From assembly GCA_043228905.1 (NCBI GenBank), contig JBHGNT010000002.1, positions 1,302,001 to 1,366,000 on the forward strand: a DNA stretch of 64,000 bases, in the 5' to 3' direction. Of the stretch, positions 1 to 13,193 are shown piece after piece; the stretch's first letter is position 1, and every line of letters starts with the position of its first letter. This stretch comes from Azolla caroliniana (lineage: Eukaryota; Plantae; Polypodiophyta). The position numbers and the translations under genes are program-made. The notes under the pieces were generated by a model. That model did no database searches. It saw only the letters and a list, made by a program, of their open reading frames with translations, and was not told where the DNA came from.

Positions 1-298
1 TATTTATACTCATATACATATATGAATATTTACAAATATAGCCCAATCTGATTCGGTCGATTCGCCTATTAGCCGAATTGGTTAGAGGGTGTTTTTCATG
101 ATCCAATGATAAGAATGTTCGTGCATGCGAATGCACGAATGATACATATCCTTCATACTATGGCCACAACTGTTCAACTACAATCATTACTACCATAACT
201 ACTTGCCCTAACTATATTTATACTCATATACATATATGACTATTTACAAATATAGCCCAGTCCGATTCGGTCGATTTGGCTATTAACCGAATTGGTTA
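1..298. repeat. Direct duplication (~85 bp: 1-84 and ~213-298) of a copia-Y-like LTR fragment
   Basis: TATTTATACTCATATACATATATGAnTATTTACAAATATAGCCC occurs twice and resembles the LTR core at 2840-2885. Confidence 0.6.
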
Positions 299-459
299 TC
301 GATCGATTATCGGTCAGTCAATTTTCTAGCTTCGACTGAGTTATATATCGACTAATTCAACTTCCCTCTATAGTTGGTGGTAAATCGGCTCCTAACGATC
401 TGACTCCTTGTGCAATATCCGAATTTTGAATCTGGCTTCCCGGTGAACTCTTTGATGGC

Positions 460-977
460 CTCCAGTCTGACCAGTATGTCCAAAACAGAAGATGTATGGT
501 TTGTTGACTCGGGTGCCTCGAACCATATGACATCTCACCAAGAATGATTTCGAGAACTAAGAGAGCCCAAACGACCCGGCCATGTGGAAACAGGTGATGA
601 CACAACTCACCCCATTCAACATGGCGACAATGTCCCATTCGGAAAGGATGGCGAACAGATGTACATCAAGAACAACTTGCATGTTCCAACTATAATGAAG
701 AATCTGGTCTCGGTCGACCAAATCGTAGAGCAAGGCATGCAAGTTCGGTTCAATCAAGGAGGTTGCTTCATTGAAAAGGAAGGCCGAATTATTGCTCGTG
801 GTCGAAGGGAAGGGCGAATGTTTATCCTCGAGTAGAACGAGGTAAAATCGTCCATGTTCACAAAGGGCCACAAAGACGACACCGATATGGAGCTATGGCA
901 CAAAAGAATCGTCCATATCAACCTCCAAAAGCTCAAAGGCATGCAGATGAAAGGAGTCATAATTGGATTCTTGACCT
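460..977 (+). pseudogene. Ty1/copia family X fragment (protease and GAG-pre-integrase region)
   Basis: VDSGASNHMT, LHVPTIMKNLVSV and LWHKRIVHIN motifs; collinear with 61760-62240; contains stops. Confidence 0.85.
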
Positions 978-2719
978 TTACTGCGATCCGGCATGTGACT
1001 TTGTGTCCACTTGACACACATCGGTATGCACCAACTCTGGCGGTGCATTCCGTCTCATCGGTGACCTTGACTGGAAAGAGGTTCGGTTTTGCTTGCCGGT
1101 CAAGCAATCGGTGCACTTATCAAGATGCACTTCTTTCACCTCCAGAATGAGGTTATCTTCGGCAAGCCTTCTCATCCCTTTCTGGCTCATATGGCATAGT
1201 CTCTTGTGCCACAGCTCACTGGCAGTGTCGGATGCTACATTCACTTCTTCCTGTCATATCTAGGCATGCATCAGGTACAATGTGTTGATCTTCCGGGCTC
1301 AAGCCACAATCAAGCTTCCCTTGCTAAACTTCATCATCTAGCCAACCGGCTGATATCAAGTTCAACCGAACCTCCGGAACGTGTCAGACATCTTTCAACA
1401 GCCACTTGCATCCGATTGATGTAGTCAACAACACATCTCCTATGCCGATGATTCGGCAGGTACCTTCATTCCCCATCCAGACACAACCGTGATCTTTGAC
1501 TGTGTAGAATGAGAAGCATCTTCATTCCAGTGTCAGGTGGAACGACGATCCGGAATTGACAACCCACGTTGTCTCGTCGCCGACAAGGTTTAACTCATTC
1601 TCCTTGGTGATGAGCAACAATTCTTCTTCACTTGTAGCGATTGTCGACATTCCCTTCTGATCCGAGCCTTTCCGATCAGAACCATTTCAGTTCAAACTCT
1701 TCTTCAAATAAGCACTTTCGCTTTCTTTCTCTCTTTGGAAATGCCGACAGTTTTTTTGGAAGTGCCCTGGCTTCCCACAATAGAAGAAAGTAGGCCTCAC
1801 CCTTGACTTCGACCTTCTCCCCAACTTTTCCCAGTTCTGGGGATTCCGGTTCCAGTTTCTCCCTCGTTGGGTGTCGGATTCGGAAATCAAGGCTTTTGAG
1901 TCGGAGATCACTTCCTTGTCTTTCCGATGCGCCTCTTCATCTAGCAAGTTAAACTTCACTCTTGCTAGGGATAGTTGCTTTACTTCCGGCCCGGCGTTGC
2001 CCAAAGTGACAACTAGCGTCTCCCAGCTATTCGGGAGGAAACCGAGCAATAACAACGCAAGTACCTCATCGGCCAGGGGTACTTCCAACGAGGTGGCTTG
2101 GTTTATGAGCCTCTGGAAGGCATTCATGTGCTCCGCCATACTGGAGCCGTCCTGGTACCAGACTCTCACTAACTTCCAGAATAGCGAAACCCGATTCACG
2201 ACATTCTTGGTTTGGAACATGATGCCTATATTCTCCTAGAGTTCATGTGCCTTGCTTTCTTCGTTGAAGTTGTTGTATAGGCTCATGTTGATGAAGCATC
2301 TGATGTATGATGTCATCTTCATGTGCATCACCTCCCATGTCGTGGCATCGATCTTGTTCGGTTTGTTGTCCCCAAACTGTACCGACAGCCAGAGATCTTT
2401 GACAACAAGCATGTCATTTATCTTCGACTTCCACACTGCGTCCGAATGACTCTTCCATTTTCCTGTAGGCTCTGATAACAGTTTGTGCGGAAATAATGCT
2501 AGGCCACAACCGAGTCTTAAACAACGAATGGAAGAGAACAAACTGAAACCGGATGGCACAGGATGTTTACGTGGAAAACCCTAACGGGAAAAACCACAGG
2601 AGCCCACAAGCTCCAACTATCACTATTGGAGACAAAAGAATACAATGAGAGACTCAGAGGCAACGACCTCGAGCTCTATGTCTTCGCCAATTGATGATTA
2701 CAATAGAAAACTAGTTCTG

Positions 2720-2771
<52 letters not shown>

Positions 2772-3056
2772 TCTCTGTGTACAACGATGATACAACTAGC
2801 AACAACTACTACACCATATACTAAAGTGATTGCCTTAAGTCATATTTATACTTATATAGATTTTGGGCTATTTACAAATATAGCCTCAATAGGCTCACCA
2901 TGAAACATATTTACACAAATGTCCTTGAATCCGGTTCGCATCGGATCCATCCGGACTCACTCGATCCGGTTTTCGGGTCTCATATGGAACCCTTCTAGAT
3001 CCAGTTCCTTCATCCGGTTCCTCTAGTTCTCATCCGGAGGGACCGAATTCCCAACA
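978..3056 (-). mobile_element. Truncated Ty1/copia family Y element: 5' LTR 2484-3056, PBS, gag, PR, start of IN
   Basis: LTR starts TGTTGGGAA; decayed tRNA-iMet PBS at 2469-2480; Gag knuckle (F)FYCGKPGHFQKNC; ELWHKRLCHMS; homologous to 50966-56291. Confidence 0.9.
2722..2768. repeat. (CT)n microsatellite in LTR
   Basis: Visible dinucleotide run. Confidence 0.95.
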
Positions 3057-3803
3057 ACAAGGTTTCCTAGAAGATTGGCTCATTAATTACATTAAGCCAA
3101 TCCATAAAGGAGGAGATAGAAGTTTGGTAACTAGCGATTAAACCATCATGGTCAACTTAGTTATAGCTAGGTTATATAACACTGTCATGGAGCAAAATAT
3201 TAGCTCATACACTAAACATCATAAAAAGTGAGCACTTGGTCAAGGAGGCTTTAGAACAAAACATTTACCTATCGATCATTTCGTTACACCATGAGTTACC
3301 AAGGAAGAAAGTGTTGTCCATAGGCCAAAAATAGAAATTAGTTAAATATAATATGCCGGAAGTAAGACGAGTAGGTAAGGGAGAATTAGGTAAAACGCCG
3401 AGTTTCGAGCCTCACAGTTAGCCGACTGCTCGGCGCTGTATGAAGGAAAAGAAGTATATAAAACGAGGTCTGCGTACCTTGGTAGGGGGGAGATATCCAG
3501 AGCCTAGGCGAGGTCGTTTCATAGATATAGGAGCTTTGTAAGGCTACCAACTATGGGCCGTGTTTTGTAAACATCGCTAACTATTACAATAATACATATC
3601 TATTAGCCCTTGTTCTTTTAATCTATGTGTCGTTGTTTCTAAGGTCTCAACTGCGTATACGACCCGGGCTCTATTCCGGGTATGCTCTCCGTGTTCTTCC
3701 CTTAACGACACCCCGTGCACAAGTCTTCACGATTACACTTCCCTTGATACCGATAGCTCGTAGGCATATCGAAGGTGTTTCCGGCAGAACGGTTAACACA
3801 ATT

Positions 3804-3816
3804 TGGCACGCCCGGT
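3804..3816 (+). promoter_or_regulatory. Primer binding site of B, probably tRNA-Arg
   Basis: TGGCACGCCCGGT 5 nt after the LTR; complementary to a plant tRNA-Arg-type 3' end (...GGCGTGCCA). Confidence 0.7.
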
Positions 3817-3872
3817 TACAACTGTGAGATCACAGCGAACTACGTTGAAGACAACCTTCAGCCGCCATTACG

Positions 3873-6800
3873 GTGCCCAATCGCATCAAGCGGTCTCGGC
3901 CATCTGGCCGATACCCTGAGCCAGTTGAAGGCACTTCCGACCCGGCGGTCACGGATCAGTCCTTCCCAGAAACATTGGAGGCTCACCGGTTGCAATCCTC
4001 GCCACCTGCTACTCGGTCGCAAGTTGAGTCCATACCAACCTCCCCACCAAGCCCTCTAGAGGTTACCCACCCTGACCCTAACCCTTTTCCGGCTTTACCG
4101 GAAGACTCTGAATTCGATACCATGCCGTATCCTTACCCACGATACACTGACAACCCTAACGCGGAGTCGCACATCTGTGCCTTCGTGTCCACCTGGCAGG
4201 CCAACCACTCAACCCAGCGCCTCTCGCATGTCGAAATCGAGGCCTCAAAAATTGCCGAGTTTACACTCCCTCGATGGACCAGCTACGCGATGGTATTTTG
4301 GCCTTGACACAGGGGAGTTTGGCACCTTCCACGACGTTCGCACACAATTCCTAGAATTGTTCCATCGCGAGGTGCCCAAACGAGAATTGCTCCGACAGTT
4401 CTTCTCCATGCGACAAGAACCGCACGAGACGGTCGCATAGTTCACGATCCGGTTCCGGGATCTCTACTGACAAGTGGCCGACGATGTCTCTGCACAACAC
4501 ATTCCGGATGCATTCTTGTCCAGCCTACGGGAGCCTCTACGAACGACTCTTGCACTTACTAATTTTGACAACCAAACGATCGGGCAAGTCATAGCGCGCG
4601 TCCTCGCCCTCGATCAGACTCAACAAAGCACGACTTTCACTATGAGTTCACTGCAAAGCGCCCTTCCCTAGGAGGACAATCGCTTCCGCCACGCCCTCCA
4701 ATGCATAGTTTGTTCAGGATCGAGCCATCTGGCCCTCGAATGTCCTCATCGACCACAATGTCCGATCTGCCAGTCCCGATCCCACATTGTCGAACACTGC
4801 CAATACAATATGCTCAACCGCACAACGACGGCTCCGGTTCGCCAGATCGAGCCTCGGGATACATACTCTTGTCAGGACGAGCGCCAATCCTACTGGAACC
4901 AAGATAACCAACGACCGCGATCGCCTGATAGACGGCGCCGTAACGACGATTACCGTCGGGACGACGACCGTTACCGAAACTGTTGGGAGACAGGTGTTGG
5001 GAGACAGGTGTTGGGAGACAGGTCCCTCCGGATGGGAAGGGAGAAGAACAGTGCCGACGAACAAACTCGGCCGAGGCCGAAATGGTATGAGGAGTACCCG
5101 GCTACGGAGAGCCGGATGATACAGGCTCGGTGTGAACCGGATGAGGAGTACCTGGCTACGGAGAGCCGGATGATACAAGCCCGGTGTGAACCGGATGAGT
5201 AGTACCCGGCTACGGAGAGCCGGATGGTGTAGGCCCGGTGTGAACCGGATGAGGAGTACCCGGCTATGGAGAGCCGGATGGTGCAGAACCGGTATGAACC
5301 AGACGAAGAGACATATTCGTAAATATGTTTCTGAGAGCCCATTGTGACTACATTTGTAAATAGCCGAAAAGTCATATTAGTATAAATATGACTTAGGGCA
5401 AACCTTTAGTAATTGTTAGTTGCTGTTATTTTCTTTTTCCCTTGTTGGTGCAAGAAGAAGAGAGAGCGCGTAACTGTACAAAGAGAGAGAGAGAGAGAGA
5501 ACGAGGTCGTTGCCTCTGTTGTAACTGCCGCCTGTGGCGAAGATCGTGAGTCCGAGGTCGTTGCCTCCGTGTACTCACTGTTTTGTACATTCATACATAG
5601 TGACAGTTTGCAGCCTGTGGGCTGCCTTGGTTTTTCCCCTAGTTTGGGGTTTTCCACGTTAACCTCCTGTGTACCATTTCTCTTCTTTGTGTCATGTTCT
5701 ATTTCCCGTTTTCTGTGTATGAAAAGAATCTCGGTTGTGGCCGAGTCTTGCGCATAAGGAACGACAAGTTCCCGTCAACAGGTCCCTCCGGATGGGAAAG
5801 GAGAAGAACAATGCTGATGAACAAACTTGGCCGAGGCCGATAGGCCGAGCCCGAAACCGTATGACGAGTACCCGGCCACGGAGAGCCGGATGGTGCAGAC
5901 CCGGTGAAGACCGGATGAGGAGTACCCGGTTACGGAGAGCTGGATGGTGCAGATCCGGTGAGAACCGGATAAGGAGTACCCGGTTACGGAGAGCCGGATG
6001 GTGCAGACCCGGTGAGGAATGCTCACCGGATGAAGAGACAGATTCGTAAATATGTTTCTGAGAGTCCATCGAGGCTATATTTGTAAATAGCCGAAAAGTC
6101 ATATTAGTATAAATATGACTTAGGGCAAAGATTTTTTTTTTACTGTTGTCGTTGTTATTCTTGTTGGCACAAGGAGAGAGAGATAGCGCGGAACTGTGTA
6201 CAGAGAGAGAGAGAGAGAGAAAGAAGTCGTTGCCTCTGTTGTAACCGCCGCCTGTGGCGAGGATCGTGAGCACGAGGTCGTTGCCTCCGTGAACTCACTG
6301 TTGTACATTCTAGCATAGTGATAGTTTGCAGTTTGTGGGCTGCCATGGTTTTTCCCTTAGTTTGGGTTTTCCACGTAAACATCCTGTGTACACTTTCTTC
6401 GTGTCGTTCATTATTTCCCGTTTCTGTGTATGATTCTAAGCTCGGTTGTGGCCGAGCGTTGCGTATAAGGAGCGGTTCAGTTCCCGTCAGAAACGACAAC
6501 CGACGGAGATCAGTCGACCGCCATGATCGCTATCACGTTGACTAGTATCGGGCAAAAGACGATTATGATCGCAATGAAGAGGATCGGGATGACCGTTACG
6601 ATCAGAGAAATTTCCGTAATGATCTGCGCAACTCTCATTGAGGATCGCGCAATAACCGAAGGAATAACGACAACCGTCGTCGAGACCCACCGCACAATGA
6701 ACCGCGCAACTCGAACGCGCCCTGGACCAACCCACAAACACACGAGGCCGGGAATCAACTACACCCCACGGATCGGGCTGGCACCAACAACTCGGCCAAC

Positions 6801-6993
6801 GTTACCTGCTTCAAGTGCAACCAACCGGGTCACTATGCTACGCAATGCCCAACAACAGACCGCGGAAAGGCTCTTGCCGTGAATAGTATTATGGCTGACG
6901 TACAAAACGTCACAACAAGCAGCAAAGCCTAGGCTACCCCATGGCAAGTTAAGGACGAAGTCTAGCAAGCAGCCAAAGAATGGATGGATACGG
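3873..6993 (+). pseudogene. gag: gag of element B, interrupted by solo LTRs at 4981-6489
   Basis: Retrotrans_gag-like segment (FLELFHRE...MRQEPHETVA); CCHC-type knuckles at ~4703-4800 and CFKCNQPGHYATQC at ~6808-6850. Confidence 0.8.
4981..6489 (+). mobile_element. Copia-Y-related solo LTR (outer) containing a same-family solo LTR (4995 or 5009 to 5777)
   Basis: Outer TGTTGGGAG...TCCCGTCA with TSD GAAAC (4976-4980, 6490-6494); inner ends TCCCGTCA at 5777 followed by TSD ACAGG (5778-5782). Confidence 0.9.
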
Positions 6994-7762
6994 TGTCGTG
7001 AAGAATTTCGGCCAGAGGTGGAAACCGGGAAACATTGGCTACATCGGCGGGGTGTAGCATGTGTGCTCACCCTTGTACATTTAGTGTGAATAACGGGGGC
7101 GCCTTTATGGCGCCGAAGAGTAGTTAAGTCGGGACAGACGATCCCATGTAAATCGGGATTTATCCCACATTGTAACGCATCCCTCTCCTTGTTCTATAAA
7201 AGGAAGGGAGCGCCCTTTGTGAAAGGGTTGCCCGTTTTGTGTTAGAGGGTATACCGTTAGGTTTAGAGTTAGTTTTTCTTCTTCTTCTTCTTGGCGGGGA
7301 AGTCGATTGTTGAGGGCTGTCTCTGCTAGGTCTCCTGTGCAAGACCCCGCTCCGCGTGACGAGCCCGAGAGCTCCCGGGACGGCGGCTTGGCAGCAGACT
7401 GCTGCTGTAACCTACCCTACCATGGTCCGGCTTGAAGCCGGGGTTGCATTCTTTTACTTGTAATACTTACATTTGCGTCTGTCTGTGCTTATTCGTGTCT
7501 CTGTTGGTGTCGGGCGCTTCCCCTTTTCTGCGTTTCCTGTACATAAGGGCGTGAGTCGGGTCGGCCTCTGTGTGTGTGTGTGTGTGAGTCGGTGTCAAGC
7601 GCGCGCTCCCTCTCTCCCTCTCTCTCCCTTCGGTTGCTTCCGGTGTGCTTCTGGGATGCCCCAGAAACGGTGAAGTACAACTTCCTATGCTCCGTCACTC
7701 CCTAGTCCAGGCCCCCGTGGTCCCGCCTTTCTCCACGCACGCGCGTAACAACGCGACATCTT

Positions 7763-7779
7763 TGGTGAACCCGACGTGA
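7763..7779 (+). promoter_or_regulatory. PBS complementary to tRNA-Trp
   Basis: TGGTGAACCCGACGTGA is the reverse complement of the plant tRNA-Trp 3' end TCACGTCGGGTTCACCA; same PBS at 41733-41749 (-) and 57810-57826. Confidence 0.85.
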
Positions 7780-7795
7780 AAGGCGGCAAGGGAGG

Positions 7796-8442
7796 ATGGA
7801 GTTGGAAGACGACGACCTCGCGGCGATGGTGGCCGAAGTGGTGTTGGAGTCGGCACGAGTGGTGATGAGGCGAGAAGTAGCGCAACAAGCGGTTGAGCGA
7901 GTGGTCGAAAGAGTCGGCCGTTTCAACGGGGACAAAGTCCCATCTTACTTGGAAGTCTACAACACGGAAATGGAGGAGCAAGACGTGGACGAAGCGTTGA
8001 GGCTGGAATTCTTCTGTCGAGCTGTCGCCGTCCGTATGCACGCGGAAGTAAAGGAGCTCCGACAAGCTCATAGTTCGTGGGAGGCCTTTGAAGAGGCACT
8101 CCTGCAGGCATATGGAGGACGGTGGAAGAGCCGGGGACGACACGACTTCGACCAGTGGGTCGCATCCGCAAAGACCCACCGGGGCGCGACGAAGGCCTTC
8201 CGAGAGTTCGAGCAACGTCTTGCTCGGCTCTCGGAGCGGGAACAAGGTTTGGTGGGGACGGACAAGGTCCTATTGTTTGTCAAGTCGATCGACCGAGCGG
8301 AACGGGAGGCCATCGGGATGGAGCTCGAAGACGATGACGGAGCGAATGGGCTTATGGAGGACTGGTCGAAGGTCGGAAGGGTCTGCCAACGGCTAGACGA
8401 TGAGCGAGCCGAGAAGGCTAAGTGGAAGACGCGCGACGACGT
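7796..8442 (+). CDS. gag: Gag-like protein of D1, interrupted by solo LTR E1; acidic tail continues at 9607-10095
   Basis: RFNGDKVPSYLEVY...W..FEEALLQAY pattern directly after the PBS; homologs at 57843-58343 and 34745-35060. Confidence 0.7.
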
Positions 8443-8630
8443 TGTCGTGAAGTACGAAAGCTTCACATTAAAAATCTACAATAAGATAAATACGTAACTA
8501 AAATAACATTTGATAATGTTTTATATATAAAGATAATATTAACAACACATATGATAATATTAGATATATATGTAAAGAAAAATAATATATATATATATAG
8601 ATAAATATATTATATTACACGAACAAGAGA

Positions 8631-8838
8631 GGACTTGAACCAATAACCCCACCCTATGACTCTCAAATCTTACCATCTACTCTATACTAGTAATATACAT
8701 AAAATAAAGCATACTTTATAGTACATAAAGGATTTGCATCATGATATAAAAATAAAGTTGTATGTTGTATTCAACAGCATTTTGAGACTCGAACCCACAA
8801 CCTCATACACCAAAGTCAACACACCTACCATTAGGCTA
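8631..8838 (-). promoter_or_regulatory. Two tRNA-type Pol III internal promoter modules
   Basis: Minus strand: TAGCCTAATGG (8828-8838) with GGTTCGAGTCT (8785-8795); degenerate A box at ~8675-8685 with GGTTCAAGTCC (8631-8641). Confidence 0.7.
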
Positions 8839-8958
8839 CGGCCTTTCTCTTTAAGATTATATTTTTATGTTTATTCTTATTGCATATATTGTTTCATACA
8901 TAAAAGCTCAAATGAGCGAGATGTTTATCATGCATCACATGTAATGCATGAACGCCAA

Positions 8959-9099
8959 CCCCATGCATATGATGCATTGGAGGGTACAAGTCATGCATGT
9001 AGTGCATGAAATGCATGTGATGCATGGCGATCATGCATCACATGCATTTCATGCACTACATGCATGACTTGTACCCTCCAATGCATCATATGCATGGGG
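8959..9099. repeat. Perfect inverted repeat, 68-bp arms, 5-nt loop
   Basis: Arms 8959-9026 and 9032-9099; loop GCGAT; ATGCAT-rich. Confidence 0.95.
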
Positions 9100-12000
9100 G
9101 CACCTATTTAAATGGTGAAAGAGAAGATCAAAGGGAGATATGTATGAGATATCAATCAAATTATGTATTACATAAGAGATACCATAAAAATAGATAAAGA
9201 AGGGAAGAAGTTTAACATAAAGGTGGAGCTCTAGCTTGGCGGTCGTGGTGGTCAACTCTCAATAAGAGGGAGGCGGTTCGAGCCTTGTCTTCATCAAAAT
9301 ATTGAAGCGAAGATTGTAGTGGTCTACGATCAAGAAAGAGAAGAGTGATTACCTTGCAAGACAAAGTTCGGAGGTTCAACGACGTGTACAACCACTTTCG
9401 TAACTCTTTCATCAAATAATTATAAATCTCTTTTATTGCTTCAAATATCATTCTATATCCTATCTTGTCATATCTTGTTGATCACTATTTATCTATCTCT
9501 ACTCTTTCGTCTCTTCCGTCCATAATCCCAGTGATTCCTTCCTCACTTTCACGATATCTTTTGTCTACGCAACGCTACGCTTCTAGGCGAGCCACGCCAC
9601 GACAACGTGCCATCACAGCGGGAAGAGGCCGAACGGCAAAGGGAGCTGGCAAGGGTCGGCGTTGGGGCCAGGATTGTGGAGGCGTATGCAGCTCTCGAGG
9701 CGATGCTCGAGGAAGAGGAAAGATCGAGGCCCCAAGAAGAGACCGAGGAGACAATCTTGCCCCGCGAGATGGCGGAAGATCGGTACGACGGTACCACGGG
9801 AGAGGGTGCGGAACAAAACGCCCTCTCGACTTGCGGAGAATTGCCGACTGAGGACAAGGTCGGGAGCGGAGAAGAGCCCTCCACGCGGATTCCGGAGACT
9901 CCGGCGAACGTGCCCGTGTGCCAAGATGAGACCGGAGAGAAGGGAGGCGCCGACGAGGAGTCCTGGCATGATGCCAACGAAGATGGATGGGAAACGGCTT
10001 GCGAGGACGGAAGCGGCACGAGAAGATCGGCATTCCGATCCGGATGGAGCAGAATCCGGTCGTGGATCGTTCGATCGGGGCCGGATTCGGCATGAAAGTA
10101 CCGATACAGAAGAGGGTGCAGTACGAGCCACCCTCTTTTACATGGGGAGAAAGACCGACCGGGCAAAGGTCGGGAATTGGAAGGGAAGTGGTCAAAGGTT
10201 CGGAACGAGTCTGGCAAGGTCGGCATCGGAGCCGAAACTCCAGACATTGGAGAATCAAGCTCAGGCGAGGCTTGATTGATCATAGAGCGGATGCTATCCA
10301 CTGACACCACTAAAAGGGGCGGTGGTCCGGACGAGTCGCCGAAAGACGTTGCAAAAATCGGTTACCCCACGTCCTATCTGGAGACTTCGGTAGTTTGGCC
10401 AACGTGGCAACGTGAGATCGAAAGAGATGGAGGATGGAGGCGAGAACGCGAAGAGGAGAGAAATGACGAGTTCGGGAGAAGTACAAGGGATGAAGAGAAC
10501 AAAGACCGGTCCCATGAGATCTTTGCACCAATCCGGCGGTCGGCCTGAGTGCCGGCGTGAGTCCTATAGGAGAGGTCGGTGGCGACAAGAAAACGGGACC
10601 CGGCAATCCGGAGAATGATGAACGGACCCGGACGAGAACCGGGTGGAGCGGATTCCCAGATAACCATTCCGGGAGGGAGGAAGAGAGCAGGCCTACAAAG
10701 AGGCCGGGAACACGGTACATCGGTACAATGGGAGAGGGTGTGGAGCAAGCCACCCTCTCGGCTTGCGAAGGAAGGAAGACCCGGGAGAAGGGTCAAGGAT
10801 ACGAGGAGCCCAAGGAGGATCCTTCACACCGGATCTAGAGACTTCGGCAGTCGGCAGTGCAGTCGGTGTAAGACCAAGATACTGACGGTGGCGACGGGGG
10901 GACAAGGGCGGGAAAACTGGGGTCCCACGAAGATCCTCACAACGATCCGGCGGTCGGCCCGAGTGCCAGCGTGAGTCCTATAGGGGAGATCGGTGGCGGC
11001 AGGTGAACGTGATCGGACGACGGAAGCAGAGAAAGGAGGTATGAGGCCGACAAGGTGGCTACGGACCATCTCAAACCTTTCGGTGAGGTGAATGGGCGTA
11101 AGGAAGTCCGGTCCTATGGGATCCCCACACTTAACCAGAGACTCCGGCAGTTCGGCCAACGTGGCAACATGAGACCGAGAGAGAAGGTTGGTGGCGGCGG
11201 GAAACGAGACCCGACTACGCGGAAGACACGAGGAGAGTCCGGGAGGGACCCAAATAAAAGACATCCGGATCTCAGCAAGCGACGAAACGAAGACCGGTCC
11301 TATGGGACCCTCACACTGATCCGGAGACCCCGGCAGTTCGGCCAACGTGGCAACGTGAGACCCAACGACACGAGGTAGCAGGGAACGGGACCCAACGACA
11401 CGAGGTAGCAGATAGGGAGCTTGTAAGACGGGGCAGACGAAGTGCGAAACCCTCACCGGTCGGTTACGGTTTCGGAAGGAGCCGGTAGGGGCAAACACGG
11501 GGAGGTGTGTCAGGCCGGAAAGGCACACCTAGGACGGAACAAGAGTCTCGCAAGTGGCCATCGCGGGCTGGATCAAAGCGTGACTACGGGACGGTGTTCG
11601 GCGCGGGCGGAGCTGAACAAAGGAAGCGGAAGACGGCACAGGGGAGGTGTCGGGAACGAGGCGACGAGTGCATAGTGGACTGCACAGGGTCGGAGTCAGG
11701 GGATGACAAGAGAGACGGGAGGAGGGTCCTCCACACTCGCTTCGTAGATCTCGGGAGCTCCGTCGAAGTAGGGAAGACTGACACGGCAAGCCCGGGGTGA
11801 CAAGCTGGGGGGGGCAAGGGGACGACGGCAAGCGGAAGACTCAGGACCTGTTGCAGCACCATGAAGACGGGAAGGGCCAAGCGGGCTACTACGGGGTGTT
11901 CCTCGGATGCGAAGGACACCAGTATGCGGGTGAGCGGCGATGCACGATCTGGTCGGGAAAGGGGCCGACAAGGCGTGCAATGAACCGGAGTACGGCAGAG

Positions 12001-13150
12001 GCAGTGCCAAACAATGGACGAGGGTATGTGGCACACAGAGGTGCCGGAGCGGAAAGGCGAGCGCGGAGATAGGTTGCGTGGTTCGGAGGTAGCGCGTAGA
12101 AGGCCAGAAAGGGATCCTCCACATCGTTCCGGAGACCATGGCGGTTCGAGCCGACGCGGCGATGTAAGACCATGGAGAAGGAAGGTGGCGGCGAGAGGAC
12201 GAAAGCAACGCGAAACAACATTGGACGGCAATTAGGACAACACGAATGGTCAACGGAGGCCAAGCGGGCCACTACGGGCGTTCTTCAAGCGGAGGACATC
12301 GGGCATACGGCGGGGAGCGGGCGTTCATATGGCCGAACAAGGGCTAGCGGAAGTACGCGTACTACGGAGATCACGGCAGAGGACCCATCGACGGGTCGAA
12401 CGAGCCTAAGGGGAGGTAAGCGCGAAGGAAGAACTGAAGCCGACGGATCAAACCGGCAGCGAGCCGGGATGCGGATTACGGTTGACCGGTTTCTCACCGG
12501 CCGAAATCTCTCACCCTTCACCGGATTTGGCACGTACCAGTGGATGTGCGGTTTGGTCGGGGCGGATGTCGTGAAGAATTTCGGCTAGAGGCGGAAACCG
12601 GGAAACATTGGCTACATCGGCGGGGTGCAGCATGTGTGCTCACCCTTGTACATTTAGTGTGAATAACGGGGGCGCCTTTATGGCGCCGAAGAGTAGTTAA
12701 GTCGGGACAGACGATCCCATGTAAATCAGGATTTATCCCACATTGTAACGCATCCCTCTCCTTGTTCTATAAAAGGAATGGAGCGCCCTTTGTGAAAGGG
12801 TTGCCCGTTTTGTGTTAGAGGGTATACCGTTAGGTTTAGAGTTAGTTTTTTTTTCTTCTTCACTTCTTCTTCTTCTTGGCAGGGAAGTCGACTGTTGAGG
12901 GCTGTCTCTGCTAAGTCTCCTGTGCAAGACCCCGCTCCACGTGACGAGCCCGAGAGCTCCCGGGATGGCGGCTTGGCAGCAGACTGCTGTTGTGACCTAC
13001 CCTACCATGGTCCGGCTCGAAGCCGGGGTTGCATTCTTTCACTTGTAATACTTACATTTGCGTCTGTCTGTGGTTATTTGTGTCTCTGTTGGTGTTGAGC
13101 GCTTCCCCTTTCCTGCATTTCCTGTACATAAGGGCGTGAGTTGGGTCGGC

Positions 13151-13193
<43 letters not shown>

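Larger units (their letters stand above)
8443..9604 (+). mobile_element. AT-rich solo LTR E1 with two A/B-box modules and a 68-bp palindrome
   Basis: TGTCGTGAAG...CCACGACA; TSD ACGT; TATA-like CCTATTTAAA at ~9103. Confidence 0.85.

Noticed and set aside
5085-6030. CRISPR-like array
   Set aside because: The units are contiguous near-identical tandem repeats with no unique spacers, no cas genes, and a eukaryotic LTR context.
9549-12588. Many overlapping ORFs on both strands inside D1
   Set aside because: GC-rich low-complexity sequence with internal duplications and no recognisable domains.
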